Shown: piece by piece, positions 12,401-24,273 of the stretch
Layout of the letters: each line of letters opens with the position of its first letter
How positions within the stretch are numbered: the first letter of the stretch is position 1
Assembly (NCBI RefSeq): GCF_032444005.1
Contig: NC_091290.1
Span: 156,488,001 to 156,552,000, forward strand
Reading direction: 5' to 3'
DNA from: Ranitomeya imitator
Lineage: Eukaryota
DNA length: 64,000 nucleotides
Translations under genes and position numbers: made by a program
The notes under the pieces: generated by a model
Database searches by the model: none
What the model saw: the letters and a program-made list of their open reading frames with translations, nothing else
Told to the model about the DNA's origin: nothing

Positions 12401-15400
12401 TCACCTCTTCTTCTCCGAATAAGCTGTTTTCCAGATGTCCCAAACAATCGAAAAGGGGATTCATCAGAGAAAATTACTTTGCCCCAGTCCTCAGCAGTCC
12501 ACTCCCTGTACCTTTTGCAGAATATCAGTCGGTCCCTGATGTTTTTTCTGGAGAGAAGTGGCTTCTTTGCTGTCCTCCTTGAAACCAGGCCTTGCTCAAA
12601 GAGTCTCCGCCTCACAGTGCGTGCAGAAGCACTCCCACCAGCCTGCTGCCATTCCTGAGCAAGCTCGGCACTGCTGGTAGTCCGATCCCGCAGCTGAAGC
12701 AGTTTTAAGATACGGTCCTGGCGCTTGCTGGTCTTTCTTGGGCGCCCTGGAGCCTTTTTGATAACAATGGAAGCTCTCTCCTTGAAGTTCTTGATTATGC
12801 GATAGATTGTTGACTGAGGTGCAATCTTTGTAGCTGCGATACTCTTCCCTGTTAGGCCATTTTTGTGCAGTGCAATGATGGCTGCACGTGTTTCTTTAGA
12901 GATAACCATGGTTAACTGAAGAGAAACAATGATACCAAGCACCAGCCTCCTTTTAAAGTGTCCAGTGATGTCATTCTTACTTAATCATGACTGATTGATC
13001 GCCAGCCCTGTCCTCATCAACACCCACACCTGTGTTACTGGATCAATCACTAAAATGATGTTAGCTGCTCCTTTTAAGGCAGGACTGCAATGATGTTGAA
13101 ATGTGTTTTGGGGGTTAAAGTTCATTTTCTGGGCAAATATTGACTTTGCAAGTACAGTAATTGCTGTTAAGCTGATCACTCTGACATTCAGGAGTATATG
13201 CAAATTGCCATTAGAAAAAATGAAGAAGTAGACTTTGGAAAAATTAATATGTGTCTCATTCTCAAAATTTTTGTCCATGACTGTACTGTATGCAGCGGTA
13301 CGTGGGGCCATTATACAGTGTACAGCATCACATGGGGTCATTATACTGTATAGAGCACTATGTGCGGTCATTACACAGTATGGAGCATCAAAAAAACGTA
13401 TTAACTAAATACCCTGTATTTTTTCATTTTTTGACTAGCACTTCCTTATTTACTGTGACTTCTTTACAACAGAGTATTTTTGACCTCACTGTGCCCTTTG
13501 TGTCTTCAAGTTTCTTTTTTTTTTAAATTCATTTATTAATTCCAGAGTAAACAAACAATGCACACATTACATTTATCATTATTAAGTATACCATCAGATA
13601 CAAATGATTACAGAACATCATCATATCCAAAGTTCAGAGGTAATAGACTGTGCATGTTGAATCACTAGTACCTACAAAATACCTACTATACAACTTAAAC
13701 AACTTTAACCATTAGTAGTAGTCGCCAAAAGAAAAACAGATTTAAATTTGCTCCGCAACGATGTCCCAAAACCACATGCCCTCCCTCCCGTGTATATATC
13801 TAATCAGCACAGACTACAGAGTATGATGAGATGAGTTCCATCTACCCCAAATTTTTTCGAATTTACCTGGGCATCCTCTATTATGGTACAGTGTTCTTTC
13901 ATATGGGATAACCGAGTTCACCAGGTCAATCCAAGCTCCGAGAGACGGGGAGGAGCGACCCATCCACCTTAACGCCAGTACCTTTCATGCTAAGAAGAGC
14001 GTTTCTCGAAGGAAGATCCCAGTATGATGATCCCAGGTCTCTGTATCCCACACCCCAAATAGGCAAGTCAATGGTTCAAGTGGGACAGGGATTAGCAATA
14101 AAGACATTAACAATGTTGTGACTTCTTTCCAATAGTGAAAAATTACCGGGCACCTCCATATCATGTGGATAAAATCCGCATCACGTGTGTAGCATCGTAG
14201 ACAGTCTGACGTATGGAGGCGACCCATTTTAAAAAGTCGTGTTGGGGTCAAATAAGTCTGATATATAATATATAATTGGGTCATCCTGTTATTAACTGAG
14301 GGAGAAACTTTAGTTGGAGATTCCAAAATATCTTCCCACTCCTCTCCCAGTGTTTATTCCCATAGTCCTATATATAGCACAGGCTGCAGTCACTTCGACA
14401 TAGGATAACACATTTTCAAATGGTGGTTACCATAGAAAAAAGAAGTGAGAAAGAAGTACTAATAAAAACAATACATTTATTGAAAACTTGTTCTAAAAAA
14501 TGTGTAACAATTAAGATTAGACAATGACAGAAAAAAGGGGGGGGAGGAATGGAAAAAACCTCCAAATACCAGAGGAGGCACACCACAACACACCGGTACG
14601 GTATAGCAAGTGTATCCCAAAAATAGCTACATAATGAATCAAGGGCTACCAAAAGTATGCCAAATGAAAACGGCTGCTAGGATATAAGTGCCTTAATGAC
14701 AGTGCACAGAACCATATATAAGGTAATGTAGTTTTGGAGGAAGCGAGGGGGAGGGAAAGGGGGCATATGATAACCAAGTGGGAAAAATCAGGTTCTGTGC
14801 ACTGTCATTAAGGCACTTATATCCTAGCAGCCGTTTTCATTTGGCATACTTTTGGTAGCCCTTGATTCATTATGTAGCTATTTTTGGGATACACTTGCTA
14901 TACCGTACCGGTGTGTTGTGGTGTGCCTCCTCTGGTATTTGGAGGTTTTTTCCATTCCTCCCCCCCCCTTTTTTCTGTCATTGTCTAATCTTAATTGTTA
15001 CACATTTTTTATAACAAGTTTTCAATAAATGTATTGTTTTTATTAGTACTTCTTTCTCACTTCTTTTTTCAATGGTAACCACCATTTGAAAATGTGTTAT
15101 CCTCTCCCAGTGTATCGGGAAGAAGTCCCTCCCATTTCTTCTTTAAAGTTAATAGTGAGCCCATCTCCCACGGATAATAGATATGTGTATAAAGAGGAGA
15201 TGAGTCCCTGAGGACCCTGTAATTTGAGAATGCCTATAAGGGGTAAAGATGAAATTGCTCGACTTGCACCCATATTTCGCATATGTGACTGGAAGGCTGA
15301 CCTCAGCTGTAAATAACGGAAGAATTGAGATCTTGGGATATTGTAGGTATACAGTATGGAGCATCATGTGTGGTCATTATACAGTATGGAGCATCATGTG

Positions 15401-18400
15401 TGGTCATTATACAGTATGGAGCATCATGTGTGGCCATTATACAGTATGGAGCATCATGTGTGGTCATTATACAGTATGGAGCATCATGTGTGGTCATTAT
15501 ACAGTATGGAGCATTATGTGTGGCCATTATACAGTATGGAGCATCATGTGTGGTCATTATACAGTATGGAGCATCATGTGAGGTCATTATACAGTATGGA
15601 GCATCATGTGTGGTCATTATACAGTATGGAGCATCATGTGTGGTCATTATACAGTATGGAGCATCATGTGTGGCCATTATACAGTATGGAGCATCATGTG
15701 TGGCCATTATACAGTATGGAGCATCATGTGCGATCATTATACAGTATGGAGCATCATGTGTGGCCATTGTACAGTATGGAGCGTCGTGTGTGGCCATTAT
15801 ACAGTATGGAGCATCATGTGTGGCCATTATACAGTATGGAGCGTCGTGTGTGGCCATTATACAGTATGGAGCATCATGTGTGGCCATTATACAGTATGGA
15901 GCATCATGTGTGGTCATTATACAGTATGGAGCATCATGTGTGGCCATTATACAGTATGGAGCGTCGTGTGTGGCCATTATACAGTATGGAGCATCATGTG
16001 TGGCCATTATACAGTATGGAGCGTCGTGTGTGGCCATTATACAGTATGGAGCATCATGTGTGGTCATTATACAGTATGGAGCATCATGTGTGGCCATTAT
16101 ACAGTATGGAGCGTCGTGTGTGGCCATTATACAGTATGGAACATCATGTGTGGCCATTATACAGTATGGAGCATCATGTGCGGCCATTATACAGTATGGA
16201 GCATCATGTGTGGTCATTATACAGTATGGAGCATCATGTGTGGCCATTATACAGTATGGAGCATCATGTGTGGCCATTATACAGTATGGAGCATCATGTG
16301 CGGTCATTATACAGTATGGAGCATCATGTGCGGTCATTATACAGTATTGAGCATCATGTAGGGTCATTATACAGTATGGAGCATCATGTGTGGCCATTAT
16401 ACAGTATGGAGCATCATGTGTGGCCATTATACAGTATGGAGCATCATGTGCGGTCATTATACAGTATGGAGCATCATGTGTGGCCATTGTACAGTATGGA
16501 GCATCATGTGTGGCCATTATACAGTATGGAGCATCATGTGCGGTCATTATGCAGTATGGAGCATCATGTGCGGTCATTATGCAGTATGGAGCATCATGTG
16601 TGGCCATTATACAGTATGGAGCATCATATGCGGTCATTATACAGTATGGAGCATCATGTGCGATCATTATACAGTATGGAGCATCATGTGTGGCCATTAT
16701 ACAGTATGGAGCATCATGTGGGGCCATTATAAAGTATGGAGCATCATGTGGGGCCATTATAAAGTATGGAGCATCATGTGTGGCCATTATATAGTATGGA
16801 GCATCATGTGCGATCATTATACAGTATGGAGCATCATGTGTGGTCATTATACAGTATGGAGCATCATGTGTGGTCATTATACAGTATGGAGCATCATGTG
16901 CGGCCATTATACAGTATGGAGCAGTGTGTGGGGTCATTATATAGTATGGAGCATCATGAGCGGCCATTATACAGTATGGAGCATCATGTGCGGCCATTAT
17001 ACAGTATGGAGCATCATGTGTGGTCATTATACAGTATGGAGCATCATGTGTGGCCATTATACAGTATGGAGCATCATGTGTGGTCATTATACAGTATGGA
17101 GCATCATGTGTGGCTATTATACAGTATGGAGCATCATGTGTGGCCATTATATAGTATGGAGCATCTTGAGCGGCCATTATACAGTATGGAGCAGTGTGTG
17201 GGGTCATTATATAGTATGGAGCATCATGAGCGGCCATTATACAGTATGGAGCATCATGTGCGATCATTATACAGTATGGAGCATCATGTGTGGTCATTAT
17301 ACAGTATGGAGCATCATGAGCGGCCATTATACAGTATGGAGCATCATGTGCGGCCATTATACAGTATGGAGCATCATGTGTGGCCATTATACAGTATGGA
17401 GCATCTTGAGCGGCCATTATACAGTATGGAGCGTTGTGTGTGGCCATTATACAGTATGGAACATCATGTGTGGCCATTATACAGTATGGAGCATCATGTG
17501 CGGCCATTATACAGTATGGAGCATCATGTGTGGTCATTATACAGTATGGAGCATCATGTGTGGCCATTATACAGTATGGAGCATCATGTGTGGCCATTAT
17601 ACAGTATGGAGCATCATGTGCGGTCATTATACAGTATGGAGCATCATGTGCGGTCATTATACAGTATTGAGCATCATGTAGGGTCATTATACAGTATGGA
17701 GCATCATGTGGGGCCATTATACAGTATGGAGCACTGTGCGGTCATACAGTATGGAGCATCATGTGTGGTCATTATACAGTATGGAGCGTCATGTGGGGTC
17801 ATTATACAGTATGGAGCATCATGTGCGGCCATTATACAGTATGGAGCATCATGTGGGGTGATTATACAGTATGGAACATCATGTGTGGCCATTATACAGT
17901 ATGTAGCATCATGTGCGGCCATTATACAGCATGGAGCATCATGTGGGGCCATTATACAGTATGGAGCACTGTGTGACCATTATACAGTATGGAGCATCAT
18001 GTGGGGCTATTATACAGTATGGAGCACCATGTGGGGCCATTATACAGTATGGAGCATCATGTGTGTTCATTATACAGTATGGAGCATCATGTGGGGCCAT
18101 TATACAGTATGGAGCACTGTGTGGCGATTATACAGTATGGAGCATCATGTGCAGTCATTATACAGCATGGAGCATCATGTGGGGCCATTATACAGTATGG
18201 AGCACTGTGTGGCCATTATACAGTATGGAGCATCATGTGGGGCCATTATACAGTATGGAGCACTGTGCGGTCATTATACAGTATGGAGCATCATGTGTGG
18301 TCATTATACAGTATGGAGCATCATGTGGGGTCATTATACAGTATGGAGCATCATGTGCGGCCATTATACAGTATGGAGCATCATGTGGGGTGATTATACA

Positions 18401-21400
18401 GTATGGAGCATCATGTGCGGCCATTATACAGTATGTAGCATCATGTGCGGCCATTATACAGCATGGAGCATCATGTGGGGCCATTATACAGTATGGAGCA
18501 CTGTGTGGCCATTATACAGCATGGAGCATCATGTGGGGCCATTATACAGTATGGAGCACTGTGTGGCCATTATACAGTATGGAGCATCATGTGGGGCCAT
18601 TATACAGTATGGAGCGCTGTGCGGTCATTATACAGTATGGAGCATCATGTGGGGTCATTATACAGTATGGAGCATCATGTGGGGTCATTATACAGTATGG
18701 AGCATCATGTGCGGCCATTATACAGTATGGAACATCATATGTGGCCATTATACAGTATGGAGCATCATGTGCGGCCATTATACAGCATGGAGCATCATGT
18801 GGGGCCATTATACAGTATGGAGCACTGTGCGGTCATTATACAGTATGGAGCGTCATGTGCGGCCATTATACAGTATGGAGCATCATGTGCGGCCATTATA
18901 CAGTATGGAGCATCATGTGCGGCCATTATACAGTATGGAGCACCATGTGGGGCCATTATACAGTATGGAGCACTGTGCGGTCATTATACAGTATGGAGCA
19001 TCATGTGTGGTCATTATACAGCATGGAGCATCATGTGGGGTCATTATACAGCATGGAGCATCATGTGTGGTCATTATACAGTATGGAGCATCATGTGCGG
19101 CCATTATACAGTATGGAGCATCATGTGCGGTCATTATACAGTATGGAGCATCATGTGTGGCCATTATACAGTATGGAACATCATGTGTGGCCATTATACA
19201 GTACTGAGCATCATGTGGGGCCATTATACAGTATTGAGCATCATGTGGGGTCATTATACAGCATGGAGCATCATGTGGGGTCATTATACAATATGGAGCA
19301 TCATGTGTGGCCATTATACAGTATGGAGCATCATGTGTGGCCATTATACAGTATGGAGCATCATGTGTGGCCATTATACAGTACTGAGCATCATGTGGGG
19401 CCATTATACAGTATGTAGCATCATGTGCGGCCATTATACAGCATGGAGCATCATGTGGGGCCATTATACAGTATGGAGCACTGTGTGGCCATTATACAGT
19501 ATGGAGCATCATGTGTGGCCATTATACAGTATGGAGCACTGTGTGGCCATTATACAGTATGGAGCATCATGTGTGGCCATTATACAGTATGGAGCATCAT
19601 GTGTGGCCATTATACAGTATGGAGAACTATGTGGCCATTATACAGTATGGAGCACTGTGTGGCCATTATACAGTATGGAGCATCATGTGCGGTCATTATA
19701 CAGTATGGAGCATCATGTGTGGCCATTATACAGTATGGAGAACTATGTGGCCATTATACAGTATGTAGCATCATGTGCGGCCATTATACAGGATGGAGCA
19801 TCATGTGCGGCCATTATACAGCATGGAGCATCATGTGGGGCCATTATACAGTATGGAGCATCATGTGGGGCCATTATACAGGATGGAGCATCATGTGCGG
19901 TCATTATACAGTATGGAGCATCATGTGTGGCCATTATACAGTATGGAGCATCATGTGGGGCCATTATACAGGATGGAGCATCATGTGCGGTCATTATACA
20001 GTATGGAGCATCATGTGCGGCCATTATACAGGATGGAGCATCATGTGTGGCCATTATACAGTATGTAGCATCATGTGCGGCCATTATACAGGATGGAGCA
20101 TCATGTGCGGCCATTATACAGTATGGAGCACTGTGTGGCGATTATACAGCATGGAGCATCATGTGTGTTCATTATACAGTATGGAGCATCATGTGGGGCC
20201 ATTATACAGTATGGAGCATCATGTGTGGCCATTATACAGTATGGAGCATCATGTGGGGCCATTATACAGGATGGAGCATCATGTGCGGTCATTATACAGT
20301 ATGGAGCATCATGTGTGGTCGTTATACAGTATGGAGCATCATGTGGGGCCATTATACAGTATGGAGCATCATGTGGGGCCATTATACAGTATGGAGCATC
20401 ATGTGTGGTCATTATACAGTATGGAACATCATGTGGGGCCATTATACAGGATGGAGCATCATGTGCGGTCATTATACAGTATGGAGCATCATGTGTGTTC
20501 ATTATACAGTATGGAGCATCATGTGGGGCCATTATACAGTATGGAGCATCATGTGGGGTGATTATACAGTATGGAGCATCATGTGTGGTCATTATACAGT
20601 ATGGAGCATCATGTGTGTTCATTATACAGTATGGAGCATCATGTGGGGCCATTATACAGTATGGAGCATCATGTGGGGCCATTATACAGTATGGAGCATC
20701 ATGTGTGGTCATTATACAGTATGGAACATCATGTGGGGCCATTATACAGGATGGAGCATCATGTGCGGTCATTATACAGTATGGAGCATCATGTGTGTTC
20801 ATTATACAGTATGGAGCATCATGTGCGGCCATTATACAGTATGGAGCATCATGTGGGGTGATTATACAGTATGGAACATCATGTGTGGCCATTATACAGT
20901 ATGTAGCATCATGTGCGGCCATTATACAGCATGGAGCATCATGTGGGGCCATTATACAGTATGGAGCACTGTGTGGCCATTATACAGTATGGAGCATCAT
21001 GTGGGGCTATTATACAGTATGGAGCACCATGTGGGGCCATTATACAGTATGGAGCATCATGTGTGTTCATTATACAGTATGGAGCATCATGTGGGGCCAT
21101 TATACAGTATGGAGCACTGTGTGGCGATTATACAGTATGGAGCATCATGTGCAGTCATTATACAGCATGGAGCATCATGTGGGGCCATTATACAGTATGG
21201 AGCACTGTGTGGCCATTATACAGTATGGAGCATCATGTGGGGCCATTATACAGTATGGAGCACTGTGCGGTCATTATACAGTATGTAGCATCATGTGTGG
21301 TCATTATACAGTATGGAGCATCATGTGGGGTCATTATACAGTATGGAGCATCATGTGGGGCCATTATACAGTATGGAGCACTGTGCGGTCATTATACAGT

Positions 21401-24273
21401 ATGTAGCATCATGTGTGGTCATTATACAGTATGGAGCACTGTGCGGTCATTATACAGTATGTAGCATCATGTGTGGTCATTATACAGTATGGAGCATCAT
21501 GTGTGGCCATTATACAGTATGGAGCATCATGTGTGGTCATTATACAGTATGGAGCATCATGTGGGGTCATTATACAGTATGGAGCATCATGTGCGGCCAT
21601 TATACAGTATGGAGCATCATGTGGGGTGATTATACAGTATGGAACATCATGTGTGGCCATTATACAGTATGTAGCATCATGTGCGGCCATTATACAGCAT
21701 GGAGCATCATGTGGGGCCATTATACAGTATGGAGCACTGTGTGGCCATTATACAGCATGGAGCATCATGTGGGGCCATTATACAGTATGGAGCACTGTGT
21801 GGCCATTATACAGTATGGAGCATCATGTGGGGCCATTATACAGTATGGAGCGCTGTGCGGTCATTATACAGTATGGAGCATCATGTGGGGTCATTATACA
21901 GTATGGAGCATCATGTGGGGTCATTATACAGTATGGAGCATCATGTGCGGCCATTATACAGTATGGAACATCATATGTGGCCATTATACAGTATGGAGCA
22001 TCATGTGCGGCCATTATACAGCATGGAGCATCATGTGGGGCCATTATACAGTATGGAGCACTGTGCGGTCATTATACAGTATGGAGCATCATGTGCGGCC
22101 ATTATACAGTATGGAGCATCATGTGCGGCCATTATACAGTATGGAGCATCATGTGCGGCCATTATACAGTATGGAGCACCATGTGGGGCCATTATACAGT
22201 ATGGAGCACTGTGCGGTCATTATACAGTATGGAGCATCATGTGTGGTCATTATACAGCATGGAGCATCATGTGGGGTCATTATACAGCATGGAGCATCAT
22301 GTGTGGTCATTATACAGTATGGAGCATCATGTGCGGCCATTATACAGTATGGAGCATCATGTGCGGTCATTATACAGTATGGAGCATCATGTGTGGCCAT
22401 TATACAGTATGGAACATCATGTGTGGCCATTATACAGTATGGAACATCATGTGGGGCCATTATACAGTATGGAGCATCATGTGTGGTCATTATACAGCAT
22501 GGAGCATCATGTGGGGTCATTATACAGCATGGAGCATCATGTGTGGTCATTATACAGTATGGAGCATCATGTGCGATCATTATACAGTATGGAGCGTCAT
22601 GTGTGGTCATTATACAGTATGGAACATCATGTGTGGCCATTATACAGTATGGAACATCATGTGGGGCCATTATACAGTATGGAGCATCATGTGTGGTCAT
22701 TATACAGTGTTGAGCATCATGTGGGGTCATTATACAGCATGGAGCATCATGTGTGGTCATTATACAGTATGGAGCATCATGTGCGATCATTATACAGTAT
22801 GGAGCGTCATGTGGGGCCATTATACAGTACTGAGCATCATGTGGGGCCATTATACAGTACTGAGCATCATGTGTGGCCATTATACAGTATGGAGCATCAT
22901 GTGTGGCCATTATACAGTATGGACCATCATGTGTGGCCATTATACAGTATGGAGCATCATGTGGGGCCATTATACAGTATGGAACATCATGTGTGGCCAT
23001 TATACAGTATGGAGCATCATGTGGGGCCATTATACAGTATTGAGCATCATGAGCGGCCATTATACAGTATGGAGCATCATGTGTGGCCATTATACAGTAT
23101 GGAGCATCATGTGGGGCCATTATACAGTATGGAGCATCATGTGGGGCCATTATACAGTATGGTGCACTGTGTGGCCATAATACAGTATGGAGCATCATGT
23201 ATGGCCATTATACAGTATGGAGCATCATGTGGGGCCATTATACAGTATGGAGCATTATGTGGGGCCATTATACAGTATGGAGCATCATGTGGGGCCATTA
23301 TACAGTATTGAGCATCATGAGCGGCCATTATACAGGATGGAGCATCATGTGCGGCTGTTATACAGTATGGAGCATCATGTGGGGCCATTATACAGTATGG
23401 AGCATCATGTGGGGCCATTATACAGTATGGTGCACTGTGTGGCCATTATACAGTATGGAGCATCATGTGAGGTCATTATACAGTATGGAGCATCATGTGG
23501 GGCCATTATACAGTATGGAGCACTGTGTGGCCATTATACAGTATAGTATTAGGTGGTAATAGTATGCTGATAATTAGTGACAGCTAGACCAGGTAAAAAG
23601 CGCATGTGGCTGCTTGCTTACCTTGGAAGACTTGGTGGTGTGCAAAGTGGTTGCATGTATGAGGGTGCAGATTTGGTGCTGTACCAGGCGTCCGGAGTTG
23701 GGGTTGTTGTTCGGAGCCAAGCAGTGAAGTCTAGGTGTAAATGTGCTGTGTAGAGCCAGGGAAGCCCCGGCCGGTGGCGTCAGTGGATACTAAGTGTGGA
23801 AACAAGATGGCCGATAAGCAGCACCTACATGTGACGTCACACTAGGTACGGAGCGAGGGAAATGTTGGGGGGCGACCAAAGAACGGCGCTCTTCATCATC
23901 ATCATCATCAGGGTAATAGCTCCCCAACAACACAGCCCATCGTATATAGCTCCACATGTACTCACATTAACGCAGAGTGGACACGTCCCTCACTCCACCA
24001 TAGCTGGACGGGCACACGTGGCTCGCAGTGACATGAGGGTATAGAGCCCACAGGCGCCTCTTCTATTAGAACATCCAGGCTCCATCTATGGAGAGAAGCG
24101 GCGGAGACCCGGGCAGCATCTCACCTATCACCCGACACACCACAAGGATGGGCCGCTGCCCTCAGCCCCGCCACACACATCACTCACGCCAGGTCCGTGT
24201 TCTCCACCACAAACTTCACGTTCTCGTCCGTCAGATCCGTGATGCGGACGGTCGGCTGGTTGGCGTACGGCAT
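351..24273 (-). CDS. POLR2C: RNA polymerase II subunit C (RPB3), partial: exons 1-5, join(24188-24273,1243-1292,766-834,637-689,351-479); downstream exons lie left of the window
   Basis: Spliced translation [129 protein letters not shown] is near-identical to the remembered vertebrate RPB3 N-terminus. All junctions are GT-AG, exon sizes are 86/50/69/53/129 and the frame is continuous. Intron 1 is 22.9 kb. Confidence 0.97.
637..689 (-). CDS. POLR2C: POLR2C exon 4 (53 bp)
   Basis: (G)[17 protein letters not shown]; cag|GG and AGG|gtgggt. Confidence 0.95.
766..834 (-). CDS. POLR2C: POLR2C exon 3 (69 bp)
   Basis: (A)[22 protein letters not shown]; cag|CC and G|gtgagt. Confidence 0.95.
1243..1292 (-). 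CDS. POLR2C: POLR2C exon 2 (50 bp)
   Basis: [16 protein letters not shown]; cag|G and G|gtgagt. Confidence 0.95.
1355..2429. repeat. 74-bp minisatellite, about 14 copies, POLR2C intron 1
   Basis: ggagaaagtatgtgccccccacatcctcctccgggggcttcactgtcctcatctacatccatagacattaatat. Confidence 0.95.
3276..3565. mobile_element. Harbinger/PIF-type MITE (290 bp) inserted in the L2
   Basis: TIRs ggccaagttcacattagcgttgtgcgg and ccgcacaacgctaatgtgaatgaagcc; TTA duplication at 3273-3275 and 3566-3568; removal restores the L2 frame ([15 protein letters not shown]). Confidence 0.85.
3631..3907 (+). mobile_element. 277-bp retroposed insert with 14-bp TSD, possibly a Penelope-like terminal fragment
   Basis: acagagtgaaacag duplicated at 3617-3630 and 3908-3921; removal restores the L2 frame ([10 protein letters not shown]); AATAAA at 3846 and ggtgagtgcc near the 3' end. 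Family assignment is tentative. Confidence 0.6.
5334..6760. mobile_element. Solo LTR (Gypsy-like), 1427 bp, inserted in the L2 RT tail
   Basis: Termini TGTCACGAT...ATCGTGACA; 5-bp TSD acatc/acatt; removal restores LKNISRIRP. Confidence 0.8.
7666..10512. repeat. 35-bp minisatellite, about 80 copies
   Basis: agaggacggcacgctccacccggtctatacaccac. Confidence 0.97.
10810..11040. repeat. 22-bp minisatellite, about 10 copies
   Basis: agaggtcagcaggggccaggga. Confidence 0.93.
11416..11690. mobile_element. Possible degenerate hAT-type MITE fragment
   Basis: Starts cagtggtggtgaacctatggcacgcg, resembling hAT-MITE termini; no matching right TIR found. Confidence 0.3.
11733..13283 (-). mobile_element. 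Tc1-family DNA transposon (1551 bp), transposase frameshifted
   Basis: TIRs cagtcatggccaaaagttttgagaatgacac and gtgtctcattctcaaaatttttgtccatgactg; TA TSD. Transposase runs from ATG 12909 to 11910 with HTH region, GRPRK, FSDES, HDGAPCH and DLNPIENLW (DD34E); frameshifts near 12315 and 12118. Confidence 0.93.
13512..15345 (-). mobile_element. L1-clade LINE 3' fragment (ORF2 C-terminus, 3' UTR, poly-A), interrupted at 14354-15099
   Basis: [19 protein letters not shown]...YLTPTRL...CLRC...HMIWRCP (CCHC knuckle); AATAAA at 13537-13532 followed by an A-tail on the minus strand. Confidence 0.8.
14354..15099 (-). mobile_element. 746-bp fold-back insertion with 14-bp TSD (about 312-bp inverted arms, 77-bp spacer)
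   Basis: tcctctcccagtgt at 14340-14353 and 15100-15113; arms 14402-14713 and 14791-15103 are near-perfect reverse complements; removal restores the L1 frame. Confidence 0.8.
15348..23545. repeat. 30/28-bp satellite, about 8.2 kb (about 275 copies)
   Basis: tacagtatggagcatcatgtgtggccatta, with a 28-bp variant tacagtatggagcactgtgtggccatta after about 17730. Confidence 0.97.
24188..24273 (-). CDS. POLR2C: POLR2C exon 1, coding part (86 bp)
   Basis: ATG at 24273; [29 protein letters not shown]; donor GC|gtgagt. Confidence 0.96.

Noticed and set aside
11910-12942. Tc1 transposase as an active or domesticated gene
   Set aside because: Two frameshifts split the DDE domain; the TIRs and TA TSD show an ordinary decaying insertion.
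15303-23559. Dozens of long repetitive ORFs ([29 protein letters not shown])
   Set aside because: Translations of the 30/28-bp satellite; frames switch at the 28-bp variants; no coding signature.
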